The position numbers and the translations under genes were made by a program. 64,000 nucleotides of DNA, taken from contig NC_092673.1 in assembly GCF_964355755.1 (NCBI RefSeq), positions 25,603,648-25,667,647 on the forward strand, in the 5' to 3' direction. Source of the DNA: Antedon mediterranea. Taxonomy: Eukaryota > Animalia > Echinodermata. Of the stretch, positions 63,771-64,000 are shown in pieces (position 1 is the stretch's first letter; every line of letters starts with the position of its first letter). Below the pieces are notes generated by a model. The model saw only the letters and a list, made by a program, of their open reading frames with translations, had not been told where the DNA came from and made no database searches.

Positions 63771-64000
63771 GTAAGAATTTGTGAATTAAAATGTAACCTT
63801 ACAAAGTATATTTTGATTTTGAATGCGCACCCCAAGGATGTATGCACACAATGTAAACACACAATACAGAAATTCCTTTTTTTTTATAAATAATTCCATG
63901 TTATTGTTTAAAATGGTAAAAGTTAAAAGCAAACAAATTGTGTGTTTTATGGTGTTTCCATCTCAACTGACATGCCTCATCGCAGACGGAAGGAACCCCT

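Overview
AT-rich eukaryotic (metazoan, probably marine invertebrate) genomic DNA with spliceosomal GT-AG introns; no prokaryotic features. Three host genes were reconstructed by hand. (1) An 8-exon Aa_trans/SLC36(AVT3)-like amino-acid transporter on the - strand (26805->17218, ~509 aa). (2) A 19-coding-exon NOP14 on the + strand (28860->49879, ~856 aa), head-to-head with the transporter. (3) The 5' part of an unrecognised secreted protein on the + strand (60173 onward) with an 18-bp coding minisatellite and phase-0 modules. The rest is dense with transposons: an apparently intact two-ORF CR1-group (Crack/L2-like) LINE, a 5'-truncated RTE-like LINE abutting a Crack-like tail in NOP14 intron 15, an internally deleted Sola3, an inverted pair of Academ remnants, a Helentron/DINE-like element, two 8-bp-TSD elements either side of the shared promoter, a 32-bp TIR-only palindrome, and several nested MITE families. 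I see no clearly new biological system. The best leads are the orphan secreted protein, the structured inter-ORF spacer of the intact LINE, and the minimal palindromic element. All calls come from reading motifs by eye; no database search was run.
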